DNA from: Eledone cirrhosa
Taxonomy: Eukaryota
DNA: 64,000 nucleotides
Assembly: GCA_964016885.1 (NCBI GenBank)
Contig: OZ024741.1
Span: 87,296,001 to 87,360,000, forward strand
Reading direction: 5' to 3'
The notes beneath the pieces are model-generated. The model was not told the origin of the DNA and did no database searches. It saw only the letters and a list, made by a program, of their open reading frames with translations. Shown piece after piece: positions 1 through 10,140 of the stretch. The position numbers and the translations under genes were made by a program. Numbering within the stretch: position 1 is the stretch's first letter; the number at the start of each line of letters is the position of its first letter.

Positions 1-29
1 AGGGTAATAGAGTGGGTAATAGGGCAAAT

Positions 30-118
30 GTCAGGACCCCGATGGCTGAGCTTCGGTCGTTTCGGCAGCTAGATCTGATTGTCGAAAACAGCCGAAGCTC
101 AGCCGTCGGGCTTCTGAC
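30..118 (+). other. 89-nt GC-rich hairpin (near-perfect inverted repeat)
   Basis: 30-68 pairs with 79-118 (core CCCGATGGCTGAGCTTCGG / CCGAAGCTCAGCCGTCGGG), with 5 G.U pairs, 2 mismatches and 1 bulge on the + strand. It is followed by CTCTTTTCC and a (TA)n tract. Confidence 0.8.
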
Positions 119-124
119 TCTTTT

Positions 125-127
<3 letters not shown>

Positions 128-206
<79 letters not shown>
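128..206. repeat. (TA)n microsatellite
   Basis: Pure TA run. Similar runs lie at 411-460, 3870-3941, 5203-5246, 8848-8888, 15852-15901, 20911-21000, 21388-21433 and 37697-37752. Confidence 0.98.
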
Positions 207-209
<3 letters not shown>

Positions 210-405
210 AGGATGAATATAAAATGAAAGTGCTTTTGTTAAAAAAGGAATTTATAAATTCCTTTTTTAACAAAAGCACTTTCATTTTATATTCATCCTT
301 TTTACATTTCTCCGGAATATAATTTATACTCGTTGAGCAAACCTGCACGTACGCTGTTCATCTCTAACGTAACGATATATTATCACTACATTATTGATAA
401 CCTGA

Positions 406-462
<57 letters not shown>

Positions 463-464
<2 letters not shown>

Positions 465-1458
465 ATGATATTCAATAAATGGAAACTATATTTATAAAAC
501 CATATATATTTTATTATATATATTTCAAGAGTACCAAGACAACATTGGTACGGTTTCATCAGATAAAATACAAAGTTTGTTTTATAAATAGAGACATACC
601 CATGAAAAACATACCTTATCGGTTGGAAATTCACTGGATAGTGGAAATATATTAGGGATTATTCAAACTTATGTGTGAATATGAAAATGAATATGTAAAT
701 CACTGAAAAACAACCGTTTATTTAAATGACACTGGAGAAAGAGAGAGAGAAAAAATACAAGGGGATAAAGATAAAAAATATTACGAGAGAGATAGAGAGA
801 AGAAATAAACAAGAGGATGAATAAAACTCATATAACGTTAATTTGGGGGAAATATATTCTAAGTATATATCTTAACAATACGTGTATTTACTATTATTAG
901 TTGTTTAAAATTCGTTTCTAATATATTTTCTGTTATAAGTAAATAAATAAATAAATAAATAAATAGATAAATAGATAAATAAATGAATAGATGGGTATAT
1001 TATGTTATAGATAATTGTTTTAATGAGTTATGAGGGATATTGGTTATGTATTTAATGTAAGTAATAAGAATATTTATATTTATATATTTTAAAGAATATT
1101 TATATTTATATATTTTAAAAGGGAAGATACGGAAAATTCCAGTTTAGTTTATTTATTCGTTAGTATGAGACTATTTAGTCGAAATAAGTATAAATGTTGA
1201 AATATATATTTAGCCAGAATCAGTTAGTGATTATAAATCTAATAAAAAATATTGAAAAAATATAAAAAAATTTGAGAGAATTAAAAAAAATATATATAAA
1301 AAAATAATGTAATTTTTAAAAGAGATAAAAAATTAAAGAAATAAAAAATAAAGAATTAAAAATTATTAAGATTAAAATTATAATTAAAATTAAAATTAAA
1401 ATTTAAAAATTAAAATGTTAAAAAAATTTAGAATTATATATGTATATATTTTATGAAA
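463..1458. repeat. Left arm of ~1-kb inverted repeat (partner 2770-3777)
   Basis: Reverse complement aligns along its length with few differences, e.g. 601-660 vs 3582-3640 and 1418-1457 vs 2771-2810. Confidence 0.93.
509..568 (-). ncRNA. Type I hammerhead ribozyme in PLE pLTR
   Basis: Minus strand reads TTTTAT-CTGATGA-aaccGTACCAA tgttgtc TTGGTACtctt-GAAA-TATATA-TA-ATAAAA. Stem I is TTTTAT/ATAAAA, stem III is the palindrome ATATATAT, and the triplet is AUA. Confidence 0.75.
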
Positions 1459-1558
1459 CTTTAAGAAGTGAAATTATAGCAAATGATTTAGAGATATCAA
1501 TATATTAAAACCAAGTGGATGATTGTTATGGAGATAAGTAGAAATATTATAAGTGTAA

Positions 1559-2759
1559 TTATAATTTATATATAGTTCTAAACGTTGAATTCGGGCGATG
1601 TCTACAAGAATTAAATAAATTCGTTCTTAGATTAATAGAGTTCTTACATTTAAGTATGAAAAAAATTTCCTCAACACACAATTTGCAGAATCTAGAGAAA
1701 GCTGTGTTTTGGTACGCGGGTGCTTTTGAAATTATTTCCCAAGTTAATGAATAGTCAATATTCTTGCATTTTAAGTTCCATATCAAGTTTGAAAGAGAAT
1801 TTGAAGATTTTTTTATCAATTCTTTTGAAAGAGCATTTGTGATTAATCCAGCGACTTTTAAATTCTGTAGAAGTTGCATCTACATAGTTAAATATATTAT
1901 CACTGGTTTTGACTGTATATTTATAGACCACATCCTTATCTAAACATTTATTTTGTAAAGGACAGTTTAATTTAATTCTACAGTTACATTTTGCGGAGTT
2001 GTTGTTATTCAGAACGGTACTATTATGTTGGATATTGCTAGAGATATTACTGCTATTTTGGTTATTTTGGTTAGGGTTTAAATTTCTATTATTGATTCTA
2101 TTTATATTTTGTGCTATGTTCATAGTAGTAGAGTAGGATAGTTTTATAGTATGTCTGTTAAAGATTGAGTGGTATCTGTGGGCTTTAGGAAAACATTTAT
2201 CTAGAGCTTTAAAGAATAGCTTTGCTAAAGGTGTTTTAACGCTTAATGAGAATGGGGGTGAGTACCAAATAATATTTCTAGTTCTAGTTTTTTTGTTTGG
2301 TTTAGTGTTTAAGTTAAATTGTTTATTATTATTATAATTAATTCTAGGATGATTTGTCATGTTATTGTTATCTATGTATTTAATTTTATTCGAGTATCTA
2401 TGTAAAGCTTCATTGTAATATACTGCCTTATCGTCAAAAATGTTTTTATTAGCGGAGATGCGTGAAATACGTTGTTGGATAGAGTTGACAATAGTGTTCT
2501 TGATAGATCTAGGATGATTAGAGTTAAAACTTACATAGTTTAGATTCTCATTAATTTTATGGAATGGATAGTAGAGCCCTGTGTTTAGGTTTAATTTTAC
2601 GTCTAAAAAGTTAACAATTTTATAGTTATTCTCAATTTCTAACTTAAGGTTGTAGCTATTGAAGAATTGTATTATGGATTTTCTTTTTCTATTAATTTCA
2701 CAATCACTATGATTTTCAATTAAAAGCAGCATATCATCACGATATAAACCACCGGTCAT
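1559..2759 (-). pseudogene. PLE ORF remnant: C-terminal RT plus GIY-YIG endonuclease, one frameshift near 1810
   Basis: Motifs GGLYRDD, VNFLDVKLNL, SNHP, IIWYSPPFS, KCNCR..CPLQNKCL, VVYKYTV..YVDAT..FKSRWINH, then in the other frame LSNLIWNLK..CKLC..SCRH. Confidence 0.9.
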
Positions 2760-2769
2760 CTCTGGTATT

Positions 2770-3265
2770 TTTCATAAAATATATACATATATAATTCTAA
2801 ATTTTTTTAAAATTTTAATTATAATTTTAATCTTAATAATTTTTAATTCTTTATTTTTTATTTCTTTAATTTTTTATCTCTTTTAAAAATTACTTATCTC
2901 TTATAAATTATATAATTTTTTTTAATTCTCTCACATTTTTTATATTTTTTCAATATTTTTTATTAGATTTATAACCACTAACTGATTCTGGTTAAATATA
3001 TTTTTCAATATTTATACTTATTTCGACTAGATAGTCTCATACTAACGAATAAATAAACTAAACTGGAATTTTCCGTATCTTCCCATTTTAAAATATATAA
3101 ATATAAATATTCTTATTAACTCAGTTAATTTAATTTAATTTAACTTAATACTTATTTACATTAAATACATAACCAATATCCCCCATAACTCATTAAAACA
3201 ATTATCTATAACATGATATACCCATCTATTCATTTATTTATTTATCTATTTATTTATTTATATAT

Positions 3266-3296
<31 letters not shown>

Positions 3297-3777
3297 TCTA
3301 CTTATAACAGAAAATATATTAGAAACGAATTTTAAACAACTAATAATAGTAAATACACGTATTATTAAGATATATACTTAGAATATATTTCCCCAAAATT
3401 AACGTTATATGAGTTTTATTCATCCTCTTGTTTATTTCTTCTCTCTATCTCTCTCGTAATATTTTTTATCTTTATCCCCTTGTATTTTCTCCCTCTCTCT
3501 TTCTCCAGTGTCATTTAAATAAACGGTTGTTTTTCAATTATTTACATATTCATTTTCATATTCACACATAAGTTTAAATAATCCCTAATATATTTCCACT
3601 ATCCAGTGAATTTCCAACCGATAAGGTATGTTTTTCATGGGTATGTCTCTATTTATAAAACAAACTTTCTATTTTATCTGATGAAAGCGTACCAATGTTG
3701 TCTTGGTACCCTTGAAATATATATAATAAAAAAAATATAGTTTTATAAATATAGTTTCAATTTATTGAATATCATTG
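2770..3777. repeat. Right arm of ~1-kb inverted repeat (partner 463-1458)
   Basis: Begins at the point where the RT coding sequence is truncated, and extends ~90 bp further than the left arm before (TA)n. Confidence 0.93.
3672..3731 (+). ncRNA. Type I hammerhead ribozyme in inverted pLTR copy
   Basis: TTTTAT-CTGATGA(3678-3684)-AAGcGTACCAA..TTGGTACcCTT-GAAA(3714-3717)-TATATA-TA-ATAAAA. Predicted cut after A3725. Confidence 0.8.
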
Positions 3778-3867
3778 CATATTTACTCCAGTAACCAGTT
3801 GAGTGCTCTAAATCAGTTATAAACATTTATGTTTGTCAGACTTCCAACAAATTAAATACCACTTCTA

Positions 3868-3940
<73 letters not shown>

Positions 3941-3943
<3 letters not shown>

Positions 3944-4436
3944 TAAAAAGGATATGAAAATGCTGACAAATTTTTCCCAGTGAAAAATAGTTTAATTAGG
4001 AATAAGTATAAATTAGTAATAAGTATCAGTTAGTATTCAGTTTTAGTTTAAAGTTTTAAGTTTTTACCGGTTGCGCATTTCTTATACTTTTCAAAAATAA
4101 TTTTGAGATAGAGTGCTCGTGATTTTTGCTCTAATCTGATCAGTTTTGGAAATTATTCCCGTTTCATGTGAAAAAAGTGGCTTGGGAGGTATTAAGATTT
4201 GGTTGGTTGTTGAATGTCACGTGAATAAGCACTATAAATTTCGCGCAAATTCGTGTTGCAAAAATTCTTGTAGTGAAAACAATTTTGATTGGTCGGTAGG
4301 TCACGTGAATGTTTAAATTGATTTTAGCACGAGCTGGTTTCGCGCCAAATGTAGGTTTGTCGAAGAGTGTCCTTTTCCGCTTGATTGAGTTGCAGTCATG
4401 TTGAGAGGTCAACAGTTCAGGTGTCTATTAAGACAA

Positions 4437-4486
<50 letters not shown>

Positions 4487-4705
4487 CAAAGTGGTTCATT
4501 GTTGTGATAATGGTAATGAATCGGTCAGTAGGAATGTGTGTGTACGTGTGCGTGTGTGTGTGTGGGTAGTAAAGTGGTTCATTGTTGTGATAATAGAAAT
4601 GAATCGGTCAGTAGAAATGTGTGTGTACGTGTGTGTGTGTGTGAGGGGGGGGGGGTATTTTAACATGTTGAAACATATTTTTCAGCTCTTGTCTTATACG
4701 GAGAA

Positions 4706-4755
<50 letters not shown>

Positions 4756-5170
4756 CTGTCTGTATGTTAGTTTTCGCGTGTGCATGCGCGCGCGCGTGTG
4801 TGGATGGACCAGTATTTTTGTGGTACTGGTAAAAATGGCGTATATTATTCGATATTTTCAGTCATTTGCAAAAACGATTCTCTCAAAAGAAAGTCAATAA
4901 CCTCAATAATAAAAGAGGTGAAATGATGTATAGTATTGTCATAACAACAAGGCGTGTGTGAGTCCAGATTTTACGTACTGCATTAGGCCCTGTCGTACGG
5001 GATACTTGTGTACAAATATCTATGCACCCATCTATGTGCAATACATGTGTGCGTGTCGGCACGTGTATGTCTGAATACTAACTAATACTTATTACCAATT
5101 TATACTTATTCCTAATTAAACTATTTTTCACTGGGAAAAATTTGTCACCATTTTCTTTTCCTTTTTACTA
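3941..5170. mobile_element. Non-coding element bounded by ~100-bp inverted repeats (3941-4040 / 5071-5170), between (TA)n tracts
   Basis: TAGTAAAAAGG..TTTTTCCCAGTGAAAAATAGTTTAATTAGGAATAAGTATAAATT..TAGTATTCAG has its reverse complement at 5071-5170. The interior contains (TG)n runs and an ~84-bp duplication. Confidence 0.6.
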
Positions 5171-5199
5171 ATGTATCACAACTTGTGTGTCACACCTCA

Positions 5200-5248
<49 letters not shown>

Positions 5249-5683
5249 TATATATGAATAGGTAAATATTTAGGTATATATAGGTATATATGAATAGGTA
5301 AATATTTAAATTATATTTTTTAATTTATTTTAAAAAATTGGTTGAATTTTGCTTGTTCTGCTTATATTAATATTATAGTTCTGGTATGTCAAATTGATAC
5401 CATAGAACAACCTTAAATCATAGACAACCTATGTATTTCCAGGGGTACCTAGTACCCACGGGCTTACTAACTTCTTCTATCACCCTCCATTTGTTGAGAA
5501 CAATCACGTTGATTCTATTTAGCTGCTATTTTTAGTAACGAGATAGACAACACGTCTATGTTTTTCCCGCTTTAACCTCGGGTAGTTCACGTACAGGTCA
5601 TTTTTCGGCCTTTTGGATCTGTGCTAGCTGGCAGATAACAATATATTTTATCGTTCCTGGGTCTTTAGCCCTAGGAAAGGAAA

Positions 5684-5770
5684 ATGCTTCTCTGATGAGC
5701 CTTGATTTTCCATTAGAAATCCATTGGGTCTCTGGTGTTTTACAAGGCGAAACCGATCGGTAAGAGCCAT
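5684..5770 (+). ncRNA. Type I hammerhead ribozyme, array copy 1
   Basis: Stem I ATGcTTCT/AGAGcCAT; core CTGATGA 5692-5698; stem II GCCTTG/CAAGGC enclosing 38 nt; GAAA 5749-5752; palindromic stem III ACCGATCGGT; GUA triplet with cut after A5762. Confidence 0.9.
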
Positions 5771-6164
5771 ATGAATAGGTAAATATTTAAATTATATTTT
5801 TTAATTTATTTTAAAAAATTGGTTGAATTTTGCTTGTTCTGCTTATATTAATATTATAGTTCTGGTATGTCAAATTGATACCATAGAACAACCTTAAATC
5901 ATAGACAACCTATGTATTTCCAGGGGTACCTAGTACCCACGGGCTTACTAACTTCTTCTATCACCCTCCATTTGTTGAGAACAATCACGTTGATTCTATT
6001 TAGCTGCTATTTTTAGTAACGAGATAGACAACACGTCTATGTTTTTCCCGCTTTAACCTCGGGTAGTTCACGTACAGGTCATTTTTCGGCCTTTTGGATC
6101 TGTGCTAGCTGGCAGATAACAATATATTTTATCGTTCCTGGGTCTTTAGCCCTAGGAAAGGAAA

Positions 6165-6251
6165 ATGCTTCTCTGATGAGCCTTGATTTTCCATTAGAAA
6201 TCCATTGGGTCTCTGGTGTTTTACAAGGCGAAACCGATCGGTAAGAGCCAT
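6165..6251 (+). ncRNA. Type I hammerhead ribozyme, array copy 2
   Basis: Same sequence as copy 1, offset 481. Confidence 0.9.
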
Positions 6252-6645
6252 ATGAATAGGTAAATATTTAAATTATATTTTTTAATTTATTTTAAAAAAT
6301 TGGTTGAATTTTGCTTGTTCTGCTTATATTAATATTATAGTTCTGGTATGTCAAATTGATACCATAGAACAACCTTAAATCATAGACAACCTATGTATTT
6401 CCAGGGGTACCTAGTACCCACGGGCTTACTAACTTCTTCTATCACCCTCCATTTGTTGAGAACAATCACGTTGATTCTATTTAGCTGCTATTTTTAGTAA
6501 CGAGATAGACAACACGTCTATGTTTTTCCTGCTTTAACCTCGGGTAGTTCACGTACAGGTCATTTTTCGGCCTTTTGGATCTGTGCTAGCTGGCAGATAA
6601 CAATATATTTTATCGTTCCTGGGTCTTTAGCCCTAGGAAAGGAAA

Positions 6646-6732
6646 ATGCTTCTCTGATGAGCCTTGATTTTCCATTAGAAATCCATTGGGTCTCTGGTGT
6701 TTTACAAGGCGAAACCGATCGGTAAGAGCCAT
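6646..6732 (+). ncRNA. Type I hammerhead ribozyme, array copy 3
   Basis: Same sequence as copy 1. Confidence 0.9.
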
Positions 6733-7126
6733 ATGAATAGGTAAATATTTAAATTATATTTTTTAATTTATTTTAAAAAATTGGTTGAATTTTGCTTGTT
6801 CTGCTTATATTAATATTATAGTTCTGGTATGTCAAATTGATACCATAGAACAACCTTAAATCATAGACAACCTATGTATTTCCAGGGGTACCTAGTACCC
6901 ACGGGCTTACTAACTTCTTCTATCACCCTCCATTTGTTGAGAACAATCACGTTGATTCTATTTAGCTGCTATTTTTAGTAACGAGATAGACAACACGTCT
7001 ATGTTTTTCCCGCTTTAACCTCGGGTAGTTCACGTACAGGTCATTTTTCGGCCTTTTGGATCTGTGCTAGCTGGCAGATAACAATATATTTTATCGTTCC
7101 TGGGTCTTTAGCCCTAGGAAAGGAAA

Positions 7127-7213
7127 ATGCTTCTCTGATGAGCCTTGATTTTCCATTAGAAATCCATTGGGTCTCTGGTGTTTTACAAGGCGAAACCGAT
7201 CGGTAAGAGCCAT
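7127..7213 (+). ncRNA. Type I hammerhead ribozyme, array copy 4
   Basis: Same sequence as copy 1. Confidence 0.9.
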
Positions 7214-7607
7214 ATGAATAGGTAAATATTTAAATTATATTTTTTAATTTATTTTAAAAAATTGGTTGAATTTTGCTTGTTCTGCTTATATTAATATTAT
7301 AGTTCTGGTATGTCAAATTGATACCATAGAACAACCTTAAATCATAGACAACCTATGTATTTCCAGGGGTACCTAGTACCCACGGGCTTACTAACTTCTT
7401 CTATCACCCTCCATTTGTTGAGAACAATCACGTTGATTCTATTTAGCTGCTATTTTTAGTAACGAGATAGACAACACGTCTATGTTTTTCCCGCTTTAAC
7501 CTCGGGTAGTTCACGTACAGGTCATTTTTCGGCCTTTTGGATCTGTGCTAGCTGGCAGATAACAATATATTTTATCGTTCCTGGGTCTTTAGCCCTAGGA
7601 AAGGAAA

Positions 7608-7694
7608 ATGCTTCTCTGATGAGCCTTGATTTTCCATTAGAAATCCATTGGGTCTCTGGTGTTTTACAAGGCGAAACCGATCGGTAAGAGCCAT
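7608..7694 (+). ncRNA. Type I hammerhead ribozyme, array copy 5
   Basis: Same sequence as copy 1. Confidence 0.9.
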
Positions 7695-8088
7695 ATGAAT
7701 AGGTAAATATTTAAATTATATTTTTTAATTTATTTTAAAAAATTGGTTGAATTTTGCTTGTTCTGCTTATATTAATATTATAGTTCTGGTATGTCAAATT
7801 GATACCATAGAACAACCTTAAATCATAGACAACCTATGTATTTCCAGGGGTACCTAGTACCCACGGGCTTACTAACTTCTTCTATCACCCTCCATTTGTT
7901 GAGAACAATCACGTTGATTCTATTTAGCTGCTATTTTTAGTAACGAGATAGACAACACGTCTATGTTTTTCCTGCTTTAACCTCGGGTAGTTCACGTACA
8001 GGTCATTTTTCGGCCTTTTGGATCTGTGCTAGCTGGCAGATAACAATATATTTTATCGTTCCTGGGTCTTTAGCCCTAGGAAAGGAAA

Positions 8089-8175
8089 ATGCTTCTCTGA
8101 TGAGCCTTGATTTTCCATTAGAAATCCATTGGGTCTCTGGTGTTTTACAAGGCGAAACCGATCGGTAAGAGCCAT
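8089..8175 (+). ncRNA. Type I hammerhead ribozyme, array copy 6
   Basis: Same sequence as copy 1; CTGATGA at 8097. Confidence 0.9.
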
Positions 8176-8572
8176 ATGAATAGGTAAATATTTAAATTAT
8201 ATTTTTTAATTTATTTTAAAAAATTGGTTGAATTTTGCTTGTTCTGCTTATATTAATATTATAGTTCTGGTATGTCAAATTGATACCATAGAACAACCTT
8301 AAATCATAGACAACCTATGTATTTCCAGGGGTACCTAGTACCCACGGGCTTACTAACTTCTTCTATCACCCTCCATTTGTTGAGAACAATCACGTTGTTG
8401 ATTCTATTTAGCTGCTATTTTTAGTAACGAGATAGACAACACGTCTATGTTTTTCCCGCTTTAACCTCGGGTAGTTCACGTACAGGTCATTTTTCGGCCT
8501 TTTGGATCTGTGCTAGCTGGCAGATAACAATATATTTTATCGTTCCTGGGTCTTTAGCCCTAGGAAAGGAAA

Positions 8573-8659
8573 ATGCTTCTCTGATGAGCCTTGATTTTCC
8601 ATTAGAAATCCATTGGGTCTCTGGTGTTTTACAAGGCGAAACCGATCGGTAAGAGCCAT
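8573..8659 (+). ncRNA. Type I hammerhead ribozyme, array copy 7
   Basis: Same sequence as copy 1; CTGATGA at 8581. Unit 7 is 484 bp because of a GTT duplication near 8398. Confidence 0.9.
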
Positions 8660-8844
8660 ATGAATAGGTAAATATTTAAATTATATTTTTTAATTTATTT
8701 TAAAAAATTGGTTGAATTTTGCTTGTTCTGCTTATATTAATATTATAGTTCTGGTATGTCAAATTGATACCATAGAACAACCTTAAATCATAGACAACCT
8801 ATGTATTTCCAGGGGTACCTAGTACCCACGGGCTTACTAACTTC

Positions 8845-8893
<49 letters not shown>

Positions 8894-8931
8894 GATATTA
8901 AATAAATGGAAACTATATTTATAAAACCATA

Positions 8932-8982
8932 TTTATTCTATTCAAGGGTACCAAAACTTTGGTACGCTTTCATCAGATAAAA
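8932..8982 (-). ncRNA. Degenerate hammerhead ribozyme in pLTR of the second PLE
   Basis: TTTTAT-CTGATGA-AAGcGTACCAAAG TTTTGGTACcCTT-GAAtag-AATAAA. Stem II is intact but GAAA/stem III is damaged. Confidence 0.6.
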
Positions 8983-10140
8983 TACAAAATTGTTTTATAA
9001 ATTTTGACATAACCAAGAAAAGATACCTTAACGGTTCAAGTTTTTCTTGGATAGTGAAGGGAAAAGAGAAGAAAAGTAAGATATTTCAAATTATTAACAT
9101 GAGTATGCAAATGAGGTTGAGGTATAGGGCTGAAAAAACGCTATGCAGAATTTAAATGATTAGGATATATGTATGTATGAGTAGGAAGAAGAAAAAAGAA
9201 AGAAGAGATTGTATTTAAAAGGAATTAACAATTTGCGGGAATGGTGGAATATGATTCCAGAATTTAAATTTATTTAGCTATATTATGAGTTATGATATTG
9301 TATATATAATCAATTAGATTATATGAAGAATTATGGTTGTAAGTAGATTTTATCTTATTACATTACAATAAGTTGTAAGTATATAAATATCTATATAGAT
9401 TAATAATTGTGCATGTATAAGTATTATAGAAATTAAAAAAATAATTTACAATTATTAGTTGTTTACATTTATAATATGAGTTACGAAGGATGTTGATTTT
9501 GCATTTTACATAAAAAAACAGGTAGTTCAAGTTGTAAGAGAACAAATTGTAGATTCGAATATTTTGTTCCAACATTGAAAATGTTTTCAGAATATTGTTA
9601 ATTTAGCGAAGTTATATAGTTTATCATACATATTATATTATAATATAATGTTTATGTTTGCACGATTGAAAAGGGAAAGATAACTCCAATCTTGTTTGTT
9701 AACCGTTAAATTTGATGAATGATTTACTCAGAAAATATATAAAGAAAATTATATATTATTTTGTGTGAGATTAATTTCAATTATATATTATTTTAGTCGA
9801 AAGATGAGTGAAAGTTTGAAGATCAAAAGGAGAGGAAAAAATAATGTGCATTTCGAAGAACTATCGTAAACAGGATAAACTTCCAGAATGCCAATTATAG
9901 ATTATCAATCTACATCTAAAAAAATATATTTAGAGGGGTATCATTAGGAAAATAATGTCAAAAGGTAAAAATAGTAAAAAAAATATATTAAAAAATTAAA
10001 AAATGAATGTCAAATAGTAAAAATAGTAGAAATATTAAAAAATTAAGAAGGAAGATCATTTAAAAAAAATTTAATTTAAATTTTTAAAGAAAATAGGATC
10101 ATTTTGAAGGTGTATTAGATATAGTCAAGTGTAATGAATA

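Larger units (their letters stand above)
463..3870 (-). mobile_element. Penelope-like retroelement (Naiad-like), 5'-truncated, with an inverted copy of its 3' UTR/pLTR
   Basis: RT-GIY-YIG coding remnant at 2759->1559 followed by an AT-rich 3' UTR with a hammerhead. About 1 kb of that UTR is repeated in inverted orientation at the 5' truncation point. (TA)n lies on both sides. Confidence 0.88.
5288..8850 (+). mobile_element. Tandem array of 481-bp units (7 full + ~190-bp partial), each full unit with a hammerhead ribozyme: retrozyme-like non-autonomous retroelement
   Basis: Unit starts (ATATGAATAGG) at 5288, 5769, 6250, 6731, 7212, 7693, 8174 and 8658. Units are nearly identical, no ORF >=60 aa appears in the track, and (TA)n lies on both flanks. 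Confidence 0.9.

Noticed and set aside
12-634. ORFs with YIYIYI, CVCVCV or HTHTHT runs here and throughout the window
   Set aside because: They are translations of (TA)n, (TG)n and (CA)n microsatellites.
5288-8850. Protein-coding repeat, 5S rDNA or snRNA tandem cluster
   Set aside because: No ORF and no recognisable 5S or U-snRNA sequence. The hammerhead core explains the unit better.
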